Positions 1 to 13,332 are shown, counted from the stretch's first letter. The stretch: DNA of 64,000 bases from Lama guanicoe (GCA_013239625.1 MU053379.1:3268866-3332865), one strand, 5' to 3'. Numbers and translations are program-made. The notes: generated from the sequence alone by a model not told the origin.

Positions 1-9
1 CTGGAATCA

Positions 10-100
10 GGGGAGGGTGTAGCTTTGTGGTAGAGCGCATGCTCAGTACCCACAAGGTCCTGGGTTCAATTCCTGGTACCTCTATTCAAAAAAAAAAAAA
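10..100 (+). mobile_element. tRNA-derived SINE (camelid Vic-1-like, short form)
   Basis: GGGGAGGGTGTAGCT..GTGGTAGAGCGCATGC..GGTCCTGGGTTCAATTCC with A/B boxes and a poly(A) tail; tggaatca occurs on both sides (partial TSD). Confidence 0.85.
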
Positions 101-782
101 GGTCTATATTGGAATCAAATCTGTGCCCTAATCATTGTTCTTTTTAACTGAAATAAAAACTTTTCAACACAGAAAGCTTGGATGGAATTTCTATGTGGAA
201 CCATATAAAATTTGGGGTTTTCTTTTGAAATCTAAATTGGGCGCTCTATTACAAAGACACGTTCTACAAAGCACTATTTGCACGCCCCGTCGCCCTCACC
301 ATGCTGCCAGGAAGCCCAGACAAGCCCGGGAAGTCTCTGGGGAAAGGTGATCTTCTAAAGGTTTGGGGGTTTTTATTCCCTCCTGGAGCACGTTGCCTAG
401 ATAAGGTTGACTTCTGGCTTCTCAGACGATGATTTAAAATAAGACTTTCCTGAACTTTGTAACCCTATTTTGAAGGAAAGCATTTTAAGAGCAAGGGATA
501 AAATTCAATTAACTGAGATGACAGAAAATAATCTACTAAGTGACCATATCAGGCAACTGGACGCTTTCAGACCTTTCAGAAAGGAAATAACCTATTTCTT
601 GCCTTGTTATCTAATGACACAGGAGTTTGCTTCTCTTGAAGCCGTTACACATCTACCTAATGAGGCCCAAACACCGTCGCCAAGCAATTAGCGCTTTCAT
701 TGTGTCGCTGATTCCCTTCATTTCCGCAGTTGCTGATCATCATTAGCCAATGCCGCCTCCTCCAAGAGCGCATGTGCGTGTG

Positions 783-809
783 TACACACACACACACACA
801 CACACACAC
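783..809. repeat. (CA)n microsatellite
   Basis: Direct dinucleotide run. Confidence 0.95.
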
Positions 810-1014
810 CCCCGCTCTCCAGCTGGCCGAGAAACACGACAGCTCCACTGACAGCTCGGGCCGGAGGCTGCTGGGGGCAGCCTCGGACAAGCACCAGACT
901 CGGGCAGCCCGGGCAGCTCGTTGGTCCGGGTGTCGGTGCTGCCCGACGCTCGTCTGCCGCGCTGTGGGTGCCGTGCGTTTCACGGGTATTCACAGACGGT
1001 GGCGTTTACTAATA

Positions 1015-1017
<3 letters not shown>

Positions 1018-1048
<31 letters not shown>
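1018..1048. repeat. (CA)n microsatellite
   Basis: Direct dinucleotide run. Confidence 0.95.
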
Positions 1049-1051
<3 letters not shown>

Positions 1052-1134
1052 CAAGTCGTCCTCTCCAAAGGGCCACGTCAACGTCGCTCTCATCTGTCCA
1101 CGTGCTCTTCTAGAAGCTTGAAGAGCGAGAACCC

Positions 1135-1345
1135 TCTACACTACTCAGCCATGAAAAAGAAAGAATGCCATTTGCAGCAACATGGATGGACCTGGAGATG
1201 GTCTTTCTAAGTGAAGTCAGACAGAGAAAGACAAATATCATATGACATCACTTACATGTGGGATCTTTTAAAAAATGATACAAACGAACTTATTTACAAA
1301 ACAGGAACAGATCCACAGACTTGTGGTGACCAAAGGGGAAAGGGT
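1135..1345 (+). mobile_element. L1 fragment (ORF2 end and 3' UTR)
   Basis: tactcagccatgaaaaag..atgccatttgcagcaacatggatggacctggag, typical of the L1 ORF2 C-terminus. Confidence 0.85.
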
Positions 1346-1985
1346 ATTTACCGGACCGTGGCTGGCGGGCATCTCTGTGAGGCAGGACTCTTTATTCCCC
1401 TTCTTGTTGCTTCCTTCCTTGCGTGTTTAACAAGTGTGATTTTTTTTTTTTTTTTTTGCCAAAAGCATTAAAGCTGTAACAAAAGAAGAAGAAACCATTG
1501 CATTTGACTGCCGCGTTTCACAGCTGAGCAAAGGAGGCTTGGGGCCATGCTGCTGGGTCTGTGGCTCAGAGGCTGGTCAGCAGTGTGAGCCCTGGGGATG
1601 GAGCGGATGTCGCCTGCACACTCAGCTCAGAGCAGGCGAGGGACATAGCAGGCGGTGGAGCCCCATGAGGGGCAAGAGAGTAATGTAGTGTCCGGATCCA
1701 TCAGCTTATTTCTGTGTGTGAAAGTACGAGGGTGGAATGGTTCCGTGGATCTCAAATACTACGGAGAATTCTTGAACAAGCACTCAGTAAAGGTCATAAG
1801 GCGTACCACTCTGCAGGATAAGCTTGTAACTTGTTCACATAAACACACACCTCGGTAACTGCCGCCTGGATCAGGAGAGAGGATGCTTCAGCTCCTGCAA
1901 CTTGGTGCCCCACCCAGGCAGTAACCGCACACCCTCCCCACGGCCGCAAGGCTGTCCCTGTTCTGAATGCGATCACCATCGGTGA

Positions 1986-2430
1986 CAGATCTTCCTCCAC
2001 CTGCGACAGGGCTACACCCGGAGAAACGCATTGGTAAGTTGAAAATATCCCAAGTCGAAAATGCACTTGATACACCTAAGCTACTAAACGTCATAGCTTA
2101 GCCTGGCCTACCTTAAATGCGCTCAGAACACTTACATTAGCCTGCAGTTGGGAAAAACCATCTAACAAAGACTCTCTTATAATAAATAGTGATTTATGTC
2201 ATCATGTAATTTATTGACTCCTGTCCTGAAAGTGAAAGACAGTGGTCGTCTGGGTACAGAATGGGGGTAAGCGTATCATTTGTTTATCTCGTGATCACAG
2301 GGCCGCCTGGGAGCTGCGGCCGCTGCCTCACCCACATCACAGCAGCATCTTACCACTTGCCCGGGAGGAAAAGCAAACTTCAAAATTCGAAGTCTGGTTT
2401 CTACTGAATGCATGCTGTGTTCGCATCAAA
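1986..2430 (+). mobile_element. MER47/Tigger5-type DNA transposon remnant
   Basis: Begins CAGAT..; gtaagttgaaaatatc..aagtcgaaaatgca..catagcttagcct..ctcagaacacttacattagcct matches the recalled MER47 consensus. Confidence 0.8.
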
Positions 2431-2899
2431 GGCAAGGGAGGCGGCACAAAGCATCCTCCTCAAGAAGGTGGGAGCCGGAGGAAAGGCCACGGTCGGCGAC
2501 CCAGTCGGTGAGCCTCCACTGGCCACGGCTGCTAGACCTAAAGAGTCTCCGGGCAAATCAGGAAAACTGCGCCTTTGGGGAGATGACCGGTGTCCCCTCT
2601 GATGCACCAGGCAGACGAAGCTCCCCTCCCTCTGCTGCCCCGGCCTCAGGCCGTGGCTCGGGGTTGGTGGGCAGGCATCTCAGCCCTTCCGCTGCCCTCA
2701 GGACCCCGCTGCGTCTGCCCTGCTCAGGCTGTGGTGTGTGCCATCGAGGGGCAAGAACCAGTGCTTGGGAAACACCTGCCAGCACCCGGGTGGCCGCTAC
2801 CGGCAAGGCCACCTCTCCTGCGCACCGCGCCCCGGGCCGGCCCTCGGCCAAAGCCTCGGCCAGTGGTCCAGGCTGCCTGGCTCAGTCTGAGATGGCCCG

Positions 2900-3245
2900 A
2901 CTCTGTCTGAGGTCGCCCCAAAGCAGAGCCTGAGACAAGGATTTGCATTCAGATGGTTTGTTCAGGAGCTGATATGGGGAAGCCCTGTGAGGGAGTGCTG
3001 ACAGGCAGGCATGAGGAAGCCCATGTGCACTAGTGGGTGTCACCACGTGGCCACCCAGGGGTCCACCTGGGGCCGTCTGAGGAGCCAGGACACTGGTATG
3101 TTTTTCTGCCAATTCCCACCCTTCATTGATGGAGGGTCACGCCTGGTCCTCACGGTCCGCCCTGTGGGTGAGGGACCAGTCAGGAGGCCACCTCCGGGGC
3201 AGCCCGAGGGAGTGCAGGCAGGGTACTGACAGCATCCGCTACACT
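2900..3245 (-). mobile_element. ERVL-type LTR fragment (LTR16/LTR33-like)
   Basis: aagcagagcctgagacaaggatttg motif typical of the reverse strand of LTR16/33. Confidence 0.5.
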
Positions 3246-4099
3246 CCCGACTCTCAGAATTCAGATTTTTCTCCTGCTCATCGTGAGCCTCCTGGCTGAA
3301 CCATGCAGATTATAACAGAGCAGTGAGTGGGACCCTGACTATAACTGATGTCCGCTCCTCCGTCACCCCAGAGGTTGGGGGAGGGGTGCAGAAAGTGGGG
3401 AAAACGTTGATGCAAAAATTTAAAAGTCCTCGGCTTGGAGCCAATAAACCGTGCTTCAATGAACTGCTTGTTCTCAAACAGAGAAGGAGCTTGATCTGGA
3501 TGGTTAACCCTCACATGTTGCGGCCGCCAAAGAGCACCCCGCAAAGAATGTGACTTGCCCCGGGTGCTGCGGATGGGGAAGCCTTCCGGTGCCTCTTTCC
3601 TTTAGACACCAGCCCCTACGTACGGCCAGGCCGAGGTGTTGGAAAGCGAACTGTGAGCCCCGTCTGCCAGCTGGGGGCACACTGAGACAAAGGAAGATTC
3701 TCACTGGTGGAGACCCTTAATCCAGTCACAGTGATTTTAACACATTCGTTTCCATGTTGCTTGGACATTTCTCCATCCTTGAAGATGCTGCTTCAGAAAG
3801 CTCTTTTCTGCTTGCCGCCGGCTTATTTACGGTTTTAGATTTGGCTGTAGCTCATGTGCTGCAGAGCTCCAGCCCAGCTGAGGGGAGAACTTCTGAGGGG
3901 CTCCATCTGAGTGATGAATTACTAGGTGATGAGGCTGGAGGAGTCATGAAGTGGAAGCCTCTGTGACTCAGTGGGGCAGCTTCACATGGGATCTCTTCCA
4001 GAAAACAAAGAAAACAGTGGGTACAAGAGGACACAGATGCCGCCAAGTAATCCTCAAGGTCAGAGATCACGTTACAAACTCTTACTGTCCATAGAGCTT

Positions 4100-4530
4100 C
4101 TTATTTATTTTTTTATTGAAGTACAATTATATTGGTTTCAGATACACAGCATAGTGATTTAGTATTTTTGCAGGTTATATTTCATTACAAGCGGTTACAA
4201 GATAATGACTGTAATTCCCTGTGCTGTGCCATATATCCTTGTTGCGTATCTATTTTATACATAGTAGTTCGTATCTATTAATCCCTCCCCCCTAACTTGC
4301 CCCTCCCCCTGCCCTCGCCCCGCTGGTACCCACTAGTTAGTTTTTATCTGTGAGTCTGTTTCTGTTTTGCATAGACATTCATCTGCATTATCTTGTAGAT
4401 TCCACATATAATTGAAATCACATGGTATCTCTGTCTGACATTTCACTAAGCGTAATATTCCCTAGGTCCACCCACATTGCCGCAAATGGCAGAATTTCAT
4501 CCTCTTTGTGGCTGAGTAATATTCCATAGG
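4100..4530 (-). mobile_element. L1 3' end
   Basis: T-rich tail, then tttattgaagta..tagattccacatata..aaatggcagaatttcatcct..tggctgagtaatattcca. Confidence 0.85.
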
Positions 4531-4774
4531 ATAGTCCTGAGTGAGTGTCAACCAGTTGAGCCAACTCAGTCTTGCAGATAATGATGGAGCTGTTGAGCTT
4601 CTCGGCCGACACATAGAAAACCTCTAGGAGCAAGCCAGTGACGCCGGGTTTTCACATGAGGGAAAGAAAATAAGCTGCGCCCAGGCACAGAGAAGGCTGA
4701 GGCTATTTGTGCACATCCTCTCAGGACACATTGGCAAGTCCACTCAGTGCCCTAAACAAATACCGCTGGACGTG

Positions 4775-5165
4775 CTAACCATGTGACTGACAAGGGCTTA
4801 ACTTCAAGAATATATAAACAGCTCATACAGCCCAATAACAACACCACCAGCAACAATTTAAAAACGGGCAGAAGACCTAAACAGACATTTCCCCAGTGAA
4901 GACATACAAGTGGCCAATAGGCACATGAAAAGATGCTCAGTATCACTAACTATCAGAGAAATGCAAATCAAAACTGCAATGAGGCACCACCTCACACCAG
5001 TCAGAATGGCCATCATTAAAAAGTCCACAAACGACAAATGCTGGAGAGGGTGTGGAGAAAAGGGAGCCCTCCTACACTGCTGGTGGGAATGCAGTTTGGT
5101 GCAGCCACTGTGGAAAACAGTATGGAGAGTCCTCAAAAGACTAAAAATAGACTTACCATAGGACC
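4775..5165 (+). mobile_element. L1 ORF2 C-terminal fragment
   Basis: Translates as [54 protein letters not shown] (L1 ORF2 cysteine-rich region). Confidence 0.92.
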
Positions 5166-5199
5166 TAGCAATAGATTTCTTAGAACGGTTATACTGAAG

Positions 5200-6800
5200 G
5201 TAAACTTCCCTTATTGAATGTGTCTTTATTCTTTTTCTAACTGATTTGTAGGACTATTTTACAGATTCGGGGTATCAGTCTTTGGTCATTTACATAGATA
5301 CAGAGATAGATAAATGGATAGAGATCATAAATATCTTTCCCCACTGCATGGCTTGGCTTTTTACTCTTCTCTGGTTAGTGATTATTGACTCCATCTGAGA
5401 AATATCAGCCCCCAAGATGAGGAAGACATGCCCCTGTGCTGCCATCTGTATTTGTTTTACCTTTTATATTTATATGCTCAGTCCACTTGGAATTAGGTTT
5501 TGTATGTGGTGTAGGTAGGAGTCAAAGATCATTTTTTTTTCCCCTTTTGGGTACTCAGTTAACCCGGAATCGTTTATCAGCCTCCTGCAGCCTCCTGGCA
5601 CTTGTGCAATGAAAGCACAGACTAAGCGCGTGCGGGTCTGCTCCCCAACTGCTGGCTCCTGGCTCTGTCTGTCTTGCATGCATCCCATGCTGTCTTACTA
5701 TAAGGCACCAGTAATCAAGTTAATCCGTCGACTTTGTTCTTTTCCAATACTGCCTTGGCTACACTTGGCCCTTTTCACTTCCATATGAATTTTAGAATCA
5801 ACTTCTTGTAAGTTTCCACTAAGAAAAGAAAACCCTGCTGATTTTTGCTGGGATTGCATTGAACCTACAGATCAACTGAGAAAAAACCAGCACCTTTATA
5901 ACACTGAGTCTTCCAGTCCGTCATTGTGATTGGATTGCTTGCTCCGTGATTCTGTGTAGTTCTCTGCGTAGCTCATTACTTATTCATAAATACTTCATTT
6001 TTAGTGCTATCGGAAAAAGTGTGAGGCTTTTTTAAAATTTTGTTTTCTAACTGTTGCTAATAAAGGTAAATAAAAGTTAAGCTGATTTCGGCATTCTGTC
6101 ATTGTATTCAGCAGCCTTGCTAAATCTATTTATTAATCCTAATTATTAATCTGTAGATTGCTTTAGCTTTTGTAGGTACCAAACACAGCATCTGTTTTAT
6201 TTCTTCCTCTCTTCCTTCCCAACCTCCCAAGTTTTCTTTTTCGTCTCCATTTGCACTGGCTAGAATCACCAGTAGAAAGCGGAATGTACGTGGTGATAGC
6301 AGGCATCCTTCATTCATTTCCAAACACAGGGCGAAAGCTCTAAGCTAATAATAAGCATTAATAATTCGACAGTGCAGTGTCTTCTGTGGGCCATCTGCAG
6401 ACATCTCATTAGATTAGGAACACCAAACATGTTTCCACGCAGTACCAAATGCCCCCGCAGCACAAAACTGCCTTCGGCTAAAAAGCACTTTTTTAGATTT
6501 ACACACATATTTACCATTTCTTGGGCTCTTAATTTCTTTCTGCTTTTCTGCGCTTTTCCTTGGGCTAATTTTTATTTTCTTGAATGCTAAGGTTGCCACA
6601 CCAGCTTTCTTTTGATTTGCATTTTCCTGGTATAGCTTTTTGGTGCCACTAATTTCACATTTTCTTTATCTTTCCATTTTAAAATTGTCTCTTGCATGTA
6701 TCATTGGATTTTTAAATCCAGTCTGAGAATCTGTTTTTAAGTCACATACATTTACCACAACTACCAATATACTACAAGTTAGTCTGCCTTCTTATTTTAT
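5200..6800 (-). mobile_element. Old degraded L1 (L1M-type)
   Basis: T-rich, with motifs such as ttccatatgaattttagaatcaac and gggattgcattgaacctacagatcaac. Confidence 0.7.
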
Positions 6801-7077
6801 ATTTTCTGTGTAATGCATTTTATTTTCTCTTTCTTCCTTCCTAGTCAATAGATTGAATTTACTCCTAATGACTTAAAATGAAATCTCTTTGTTCTTTTAT
6901 GGCTATGGAATACTCCACTGTATGAATGTCCTGAAATTTATTTAATTCATACACTATTGATAGACAGACATTCAAGTCTTTTCCAACTATATTCCAATCA
7001 TATTTTATTTCAATGATAAACCTTGTTCATACTTTCCAGTTCACATTTGTCTTACAGGTTGGCCTTTCTGGTAAGTT

Positions 7078-7515
7078 CTGTCTCAGGCTGTTATCCAGAA
7101 ACGGTCCCTGAGATGAGCATTCTTGTGAACGTGGCTTCCTAAGACCTGAGCCCAGGAAAAACCAGCGGGAGAGTGGAGAGGAAAGACGGGGAGGGAGGCC
7201 AGACCCGGCACGGTACCTAGCAAACCGCCTGGAGGTGACTCTGGTTCAGTCCAACGGGGAGCAGTGGGGACAGTGCAGGTCCTCCCCCCGCATGACCAGG
7301 GCAGGACGCTTCTCCCATCCAGGGCTGTACGGGCTTCCCGAGGACACAGAATCCCAGAACCTCTGCTGCGGCCACGGCAACGGCAGAGCCCTGAGGAGAC
7401 CTCTCTAAGCTCTTAGATGTTCGGCCTCAAAGCAAATGATGTGCTTTTAGGAAAAGCAGCGTCTAAGCAGACTCCATACCACTAATAGGTCGTGGGGCCT
7501 TAGGCAAGACACCAC
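7078..7515 (-). mobile_element. ERVL-type LTR fragment
   Basis: tgtctcaggctg..ccctgagatgagcattc..cccaggaaaaaccagcgggagagtgg resembles an LTR16/33 reverse strand. Confidence 0.45.
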
Positions 7516-8166
7516 TTAACCTTTTAAAACCACGGTTTCCTCACCCGTAACTGGGATGATTACGGTTCTTACAGCAGAAAGCTCAGCACGGCGCCCGACG
7601 CGGAGGAGGCAGTGACCCAAGTGGCTGCCATCATTATTCCTCAGCAGAACTTCTCTAAAACAATATCTGGAAGACTCTGAGCTGCTTAAACAACCCCCAG
7701 AAACCACCTTACAGAGCAAAGATGCCCGTGAATTTACTATTTATATGAAATACATAAACGGGGGAAAATCCATAAACCGTGAGCTGCTGGTTCCCTGGGG
7801 CCTGCAGCGGCTGTGTTGTTTTACGAAAAGCTAGACCGTACGAGATCGCTCAGGCCTTTGAGGTCTGTAACCCCGCAAGAGCCCCACACTGGAAGCAGCC
7901 GTCGGCGCAGACTGCCACCTGAAGCCCAAATCATGGTTGGTATAAAGGGTTTTGATTCACGTAAATTCACCGGTAAAATCTTCATACCAAGAGGCCCTGC
8001 CCGTGGGTAACAGGGCTGCTGGGACTTGTCACGGTTGGTTGCACTCCCTCAGGGTGATGGCGTACTGGGATTAGATGGAAGGCAGAAAGGGAAGGGTTTT
8101 TCAGTTCACTTTCTCCAAAAGCAGACCCTGGGCAGGGGCTTGAGGGCCTGCAGTTGATTTGGGAGG

Positions 8167-8587
8167 TGGATCAGTCAAGGTTCTCCGGAGAAACAAACCA
8201 GTAGGAGACTTTATATGATGGGGAATTGGCTCACACGCTTGCGGCAGCTGGGCAGTCCCGTGATCTGCTCTCTCCTTCCTGGAAACCCGAAATGCCGGTG
8301 GTGTCTTTCAGTCTGAGTCTGAGGGCAGGAGGAGATGAGAAGGTGTCCCAGCTCCACAGGGAGGCAGGAAAGAAGGGGCCAATTCCTTCTTCTGCGTTTT
8401 GTTCCTTGCAGACCCTCTGTGGGCTGGACGATGCCCGCCTACCTCAGGGAAGGCCGTGAGTTTAGTGAGTCCCCCAGTGCAAACGCTAAACTTCTCTGGA
8501 AACAGCCCCCACCAGATGACCCAGAAATAATGTCTAATCTGGGCACTGCATGGCCGGCCCAGCTGACACATGAAACTAACCATCACG
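8167..8587 (-). mobile_element. MLT2 (ERVL) solo LTR inserted in an LTR33-like element (about 8105-8750)
   Basis: tcagtcaaggttctccggagaaac..ctgacacatgaaactaaccatcac; 5-bp TSD GGAGG at 8162-8166 and 8588-8592. Confidence 0.8.
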
Positions 8588-10109
8588 GGAGGTAGCCCCG
8601 GGAAACACAAGTGCGGGGGTCGGCAAGGGAGAACACGGCTGCCGAGCAGGCTCAGCGCCACTGAGGACCCTCTGAGAAACCCTGCAGGATGTATCCTCAG
8701 AGAGGGAAGCTGGGGTGTTGATCCACCAACTCCCAGTGCCCTTTTGTTGAGACTTACCCCAGAGCTGCTGAATCCGTGACACTTACAGGTTTTGCCCTGT
8801 AAGTGGGGTGACCCAGCTCATGGGGTGCTGACCACAGCCTTCAAGAAGAAAAGCAGGGAGATAAAGGTGCTTGGGATGGGACGGTTCATCTATGGGGGAC
8901 TATCCAGTGCAGCTGACCAGGGGACACAGGGCCAGGCACCCAGAGCTCCAGCAACAAATGCCTTGAAAAATCTATCGTGACTTCAGGACACAGTGAAATG
9001 TAGTATCTCGTGAGCCCAACTTTTACTTACCACGGGAAGCAAAATGCCACTCTGCTGCTATTGCTTCTGAAATAAAACAAACCTCCAAAAATGTGCTCCA
9101 AGAGGGCAATTATGAGCAGTCATCCTTCCTCTTACAAAGAACTATGTCTTAGTCCTGACCTCCTTTGCCATGTGACAAAAGCCAGTATAACTTCAGCGTC
9201 TAACCACCCTGAGTCAATATTAAATGTGTCACAAATTAAGGCCAGCACCAGGACAGCATTTCGGTCACCATATCCATTTCAGAAAAATCTAAATGTGTTC
9301 ATCCCATCCGTAACTCTGCCCTCAAGGTTTCCAGGCCACTTCATTTTGAATTTCCTGTCCTGAAAGGGATCCTGATGTAAGCAATTCAGAAGCTGGCGAC
9401 GGCGGGGTTCCTCCTGAGGTCGCCAGAGCTTTTAACCACGACCTGAGGGCGGCCTGTGCTGATCAACATACCTCGGATTAACTAGACTCAGAGCGCGGCA
9501 ATCACTCTCCATTCAGTCGGGCCCATCTCTGGTGAATCGTGGACGTTAATGACAGTTGCAAGAGCTCGGATATTATATAATCACTAATTACCTTCTGCGC
9601 AATTAGTGGATGCTCATCAGTGTGCATCACTGCTGGCTGATCACCGGTCCTCTCCGGGAGGGAGTAGGTGGTCTGCGTAATTTCCTGATTGTACCGGCAC
9701 AGATGCAGACGCTACTGATGAACTTTGGCGACTGAGAAGAGGCCGCGTGTCTGTCATGGACAAAGGCAAGAGGGTGGCTTTGCTGGCCCCGGGCACTTCG
9801 CTTCCAACCTCAAGGCCACGAGCTTGTGGTTCGTCCCTGGGACTCGTTGCCTCCCCACCTTCCAGATGGAAGACACACACAATGTCCTGCCCAAACAGCC
9901 CCTGACAGCCTTGCACACAAAGCCGGTTAAAGAGACACACGCACACACGCACACACGCACCCTCGGACACGGATTCTTCTTTAACTGACTTTCAGAGATC
10001 CGAGCTCTAAGGATTCGGGGGCACTCAGCTCTGAAGCTTATGACAACGGGAAGAACGCATCTGAAACGGGGAGGCGCCTACCCGAGTTTTAACCGTCTGT
10101 GAGTTGGGT

Positions 10110-10505
10110 CCTCTTAGCTGCTCAAGGGCCCGTCACAAATACCGCGGACCGAGCGGCTCAGACGGCAGAAGCGTGTCTTCTCCCGCTCCTGGAGGCTGGA
10201 CGTCCAAGAGCAAGGTGTCAGAGGGGCTGGTTTTTCTGAAGCCTGTCTGCCTTGTGGGCTGACGGCCACCCTTGCGCTGTCCTCCCCTGGCCGGTCCTCT
10301 GTGTGCCTGCTTGTCCCAAGTCCCTCCTTGCATCCAAACTCCCTCCCCTTATAAGGGCATCCTGGATTAGGGCCCACTTCAGTGACAACATTTTGACATA
10401 ATTACCTCTTTAAAGGCCCTGTCTCCAAGGGTAGTCACATTCTGGGGTACTGATGGACTGGGGCTTCAACATCCGAATTTGGGGACGAGCTCTTCAGCCC
10501 ATAAA
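10110..10505 (-). mobile_element. MLT1A/B-type MaLR LTR
   Basis: ctggaggctggacgtccaagagcaaggtg..ttataagggcatc..ggattagggcccac..ggcttcaacatccgaatttgggg. Confidence 0.8.
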
Positions 10506-10604
10506 GCCAGGATGTGGGCAGACAATGTCTATTCCAATCCAGGAAGCTCTTGCTGGAAGATCGGCAGTGAGCTTGGACCGCACGAACATCTAACAGGTGG
10601 GTGA

Positions 10605-11790
10605 CAGCTGTCCTGTCCAGGTCGTGGTCGGCAGCCCACGGCCACACGTGACTCCTGAGAGCTTGAGGTAGGGCTCGTGCTACTGAGGAACTAAGTTCTT
10701 AATTTTGTTTCATTTGAATTCCTGTAAGTCTTCAGACTAAAGAAGTACAAGAATGTTTTCCTGCGAAATGCAACTTGGTTGAAGTAGTGATACATTTCAC
10801 TTTAACTATTAAAAGTGCTTTGGCTCCACTGAGATAGCCTAGAAGTGCAAAATAAACGCTGACCTTCAAAAGTTGGAATGAAAAATACGTTCCTCATCTC
10901 GTGAATTATTTTTACGTTGATTATGTGTTGAAATGGGAACATTTTAAATACACTGGGTTGAATGAAATACATTATTAAAATTCCTTTCACCTGTTTCAGA
11001 AACAGCTACGGATGCAGAGGGCAAACAGGTGTTGGCCAGAGGGGAGGGGACGGGCAGGGGAAAAGAAGCAGGTGGGGAGATCAAGAGGGCAAAGTTCCAG
11101 CTGCAAAATGCGTGCGTCCCGGGTGTGAAATATACAGTGTGGGGAAAACAGTAACTATGTACTGTCTTCGCATGGTGACACGTAGTAGCTGGATTTATCC
11201 CGATGGTCATTTGCAACGTACAGCAATATCCGATCACTATGCTGTGTAACAGGAACTAACACCGTGTTGTAGGCCAATTACACGTCACAAACAAACGAAC
11301 AGAAAAAGAGATCAGACTTGTGGTTACCAGAGGTGGTGGGAGGGGGAACTGAATGAAGGCAGTCAAAAGTGACAAACTTCCGGTTATAAGACAGATCAGT
11401 ACTAGGACGTGATGTACAACATGACAAATATAATTAACACTGCTTTATGTTATATATGAAAGTGGCTCAAAGAGTAAATCCTAAGAGTTCTCATCACAAA
11501 GAAAAGTATTTTTTCTATTTCTTTGATTTTTGTATCTGTATGAGATGATGGATATTTACTAAACTTACTGTAATCATCATTTCATGATATATGTAAGTCA
11601 AATTATTATGCTATCCACCTTGAACTTATACAGTGCTACCTGTCAATTATATTTTAATAAAATGGGAGGAAAAAATTATAAATAAAAATGAATAAAATCA
11701 ATTTCACCTGTTTCTTTTTGCTTTTTATCATGTGGCTGTAAGAAAATTTTAAATTACATGTCTGGTTTGCATTTCTGTTGGGTAACATCA
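10605..11790 (-). mobile_element. hAT-Charlie (MER33/Charlie1-like) element interrupted by an L1
   Basis: Reverse complement of recalled MER33 motifs (gaaacaggtgaaatt; tgtaatttaaaattttc..agccacat), split at 10998-11701. Confidence 0.7.
10998..11701 (+). mobile_element. L1 3' UTR (L1MA/L1MB-type), 5'-truncated
   Basis: agagatcagacttgtggttaccagagg..gagtaaatcctaagagttctcatcac; flanked by the 13-bp direct repeat tttcacctgtttc (10985-10997 and 11702-11714). Confidence 0.85.
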
Positions 11791-13332
11791 GGTTAGAACT
11801 TTCATCCTCCGCTAGCCCGCTGCTCACCAGAGTTGAGTCAGTGGGTAAACTACAAGATAAATTCCTTTTGCCAAAATGATTAAAGTTCCAGGTCATTGGT
11901 GTCCTCTTTTACTAAGATTAAGATAAACAAAACCAATCATTTCTTCCTGGACACTCATATATTATTAAATCTCCAATTACTAGCCATGTTTGTAAGTTTT
12001 CTCAATATTTTCAGTATTAAAATCTTGCTAACCCATACCTGGCTTTAGGAGTCAGGAATAATTTTCTTCATAATGAAAAGAGGCTTCCTTGTGAGTGAAT
12101 CCTGCTCTCCTGGAACCTTTGGCTTTTCCCCAGGACACCCTGACTTCGTTTATCCTCCCACCTCAGTTGCCAGGAAATTCTTGGATAAGTCATCTGATAT
12201 TCTTTCTTTATTTCTATTTAACACGAGCTGAAAACCTACTCTCATTTCTTCATTTGCCACATGGAAGAAACGTGCTGTATTTTACAGCACAAAAAGTTAG
12301 AGAATTACAAGTTAAAAATTCAGACAAAGTACATGTTTGTAACTAGTTCAGCATAACTGGTTTGGTTGTCTCTAGCCCATTTTAAGCAGCTCAATCCCCA
12401 AATGTCATGAAGAACAGCCAACGAGAAGGAGAGAGAACTTCTGGACACCTGACTCCATGGTTTAATTTGTCCTTACCTGAGCCATCCCCACATCTCAGCC
12501 CCCAACAGGGACTGTCTAAAATTCCCTAGAAGATCACAGAATTTATCCAATATCACAATCTCATCCTGAAAGGCAGGACAGGGGGCAATAAAAGAGATGG
12601 GTTTTGCCTTATCTTTTTGTTCTTTCTGGCATCAATCAGCCTTTAGAAATAACTAAATTGATGCAAACATTTGTTGAACGGATGCCCACTCTGAAGATCA
12701 TTTGCTACCCAACTGTCTTGATCATTTATATGGGTCCCAGGGAGGATTTCAAAGAGTCTCCCACCCTTGTTACTCAGATAAAAGGGAGAATCAGGTGTTG
12801 AGTTTGGTTGTGTGTGTGTATATATATATATATGCATGTGTGTGCGTGTGTGGTTTAATATTTGATGAGGCTTCTATTTCACATACACAAGGATTCCCAT
12901 GTGAGTTTTATTTTTCTGTTCTTTAATTGAAGTGATACAGATTGAATCAAAGATGGAAAATGCAGTAAGATCCAAAAGGGAGAAATTATTTACAGCCAGA
13001 AAAGTGACATATAATTATCTGGCCTGACATACATAAAGCAAATGTTTTTCCATGTATGTAGTAGCAGCAATACACGGCAGAGGGGCTTAAGTCAGAAAAC
13101 ACAAAGGAAAGAAAGGTTGGTAAAGATAATCAGCAGACAAATACAAAAGGTCTACCTTCCAAGGCTAAGGAGGGGTGGATAGGAGAGGGTGAACATGAAT
13201 CACATCCTCATGTGATGTAACAGAAGTTCAGCAGAAAATGTGGGAAGATTAAAAAAATCAAGAACATTGGGGAGCCATATTGATAAGAGTTATGGACGCA
13301 CTTACTGGAAGACAGAATTTAAAAAGAAAAAT

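Noticed and set aside
10..100. tRNA-like sequences (also at 24940, 39655, 54795, 56352) as tRNA genes
   Set aside because: They have A-rich tails, TSDs and degenerate stems, so they are SINE copies.
2412..2933. 173-aa ORF (and the 180-aa ORF at 53626-54168)
   Set aside because: No ATG at the annotated start, low-complexity composition and no recognisable homology.
9241..9260. REST/RE1-like CAGCACC-GGACAG (also near 60690)
   Set aside because: The spacer is 1 nt instead of 2 here; the other has poor flanks and lies in an LTR remnant.
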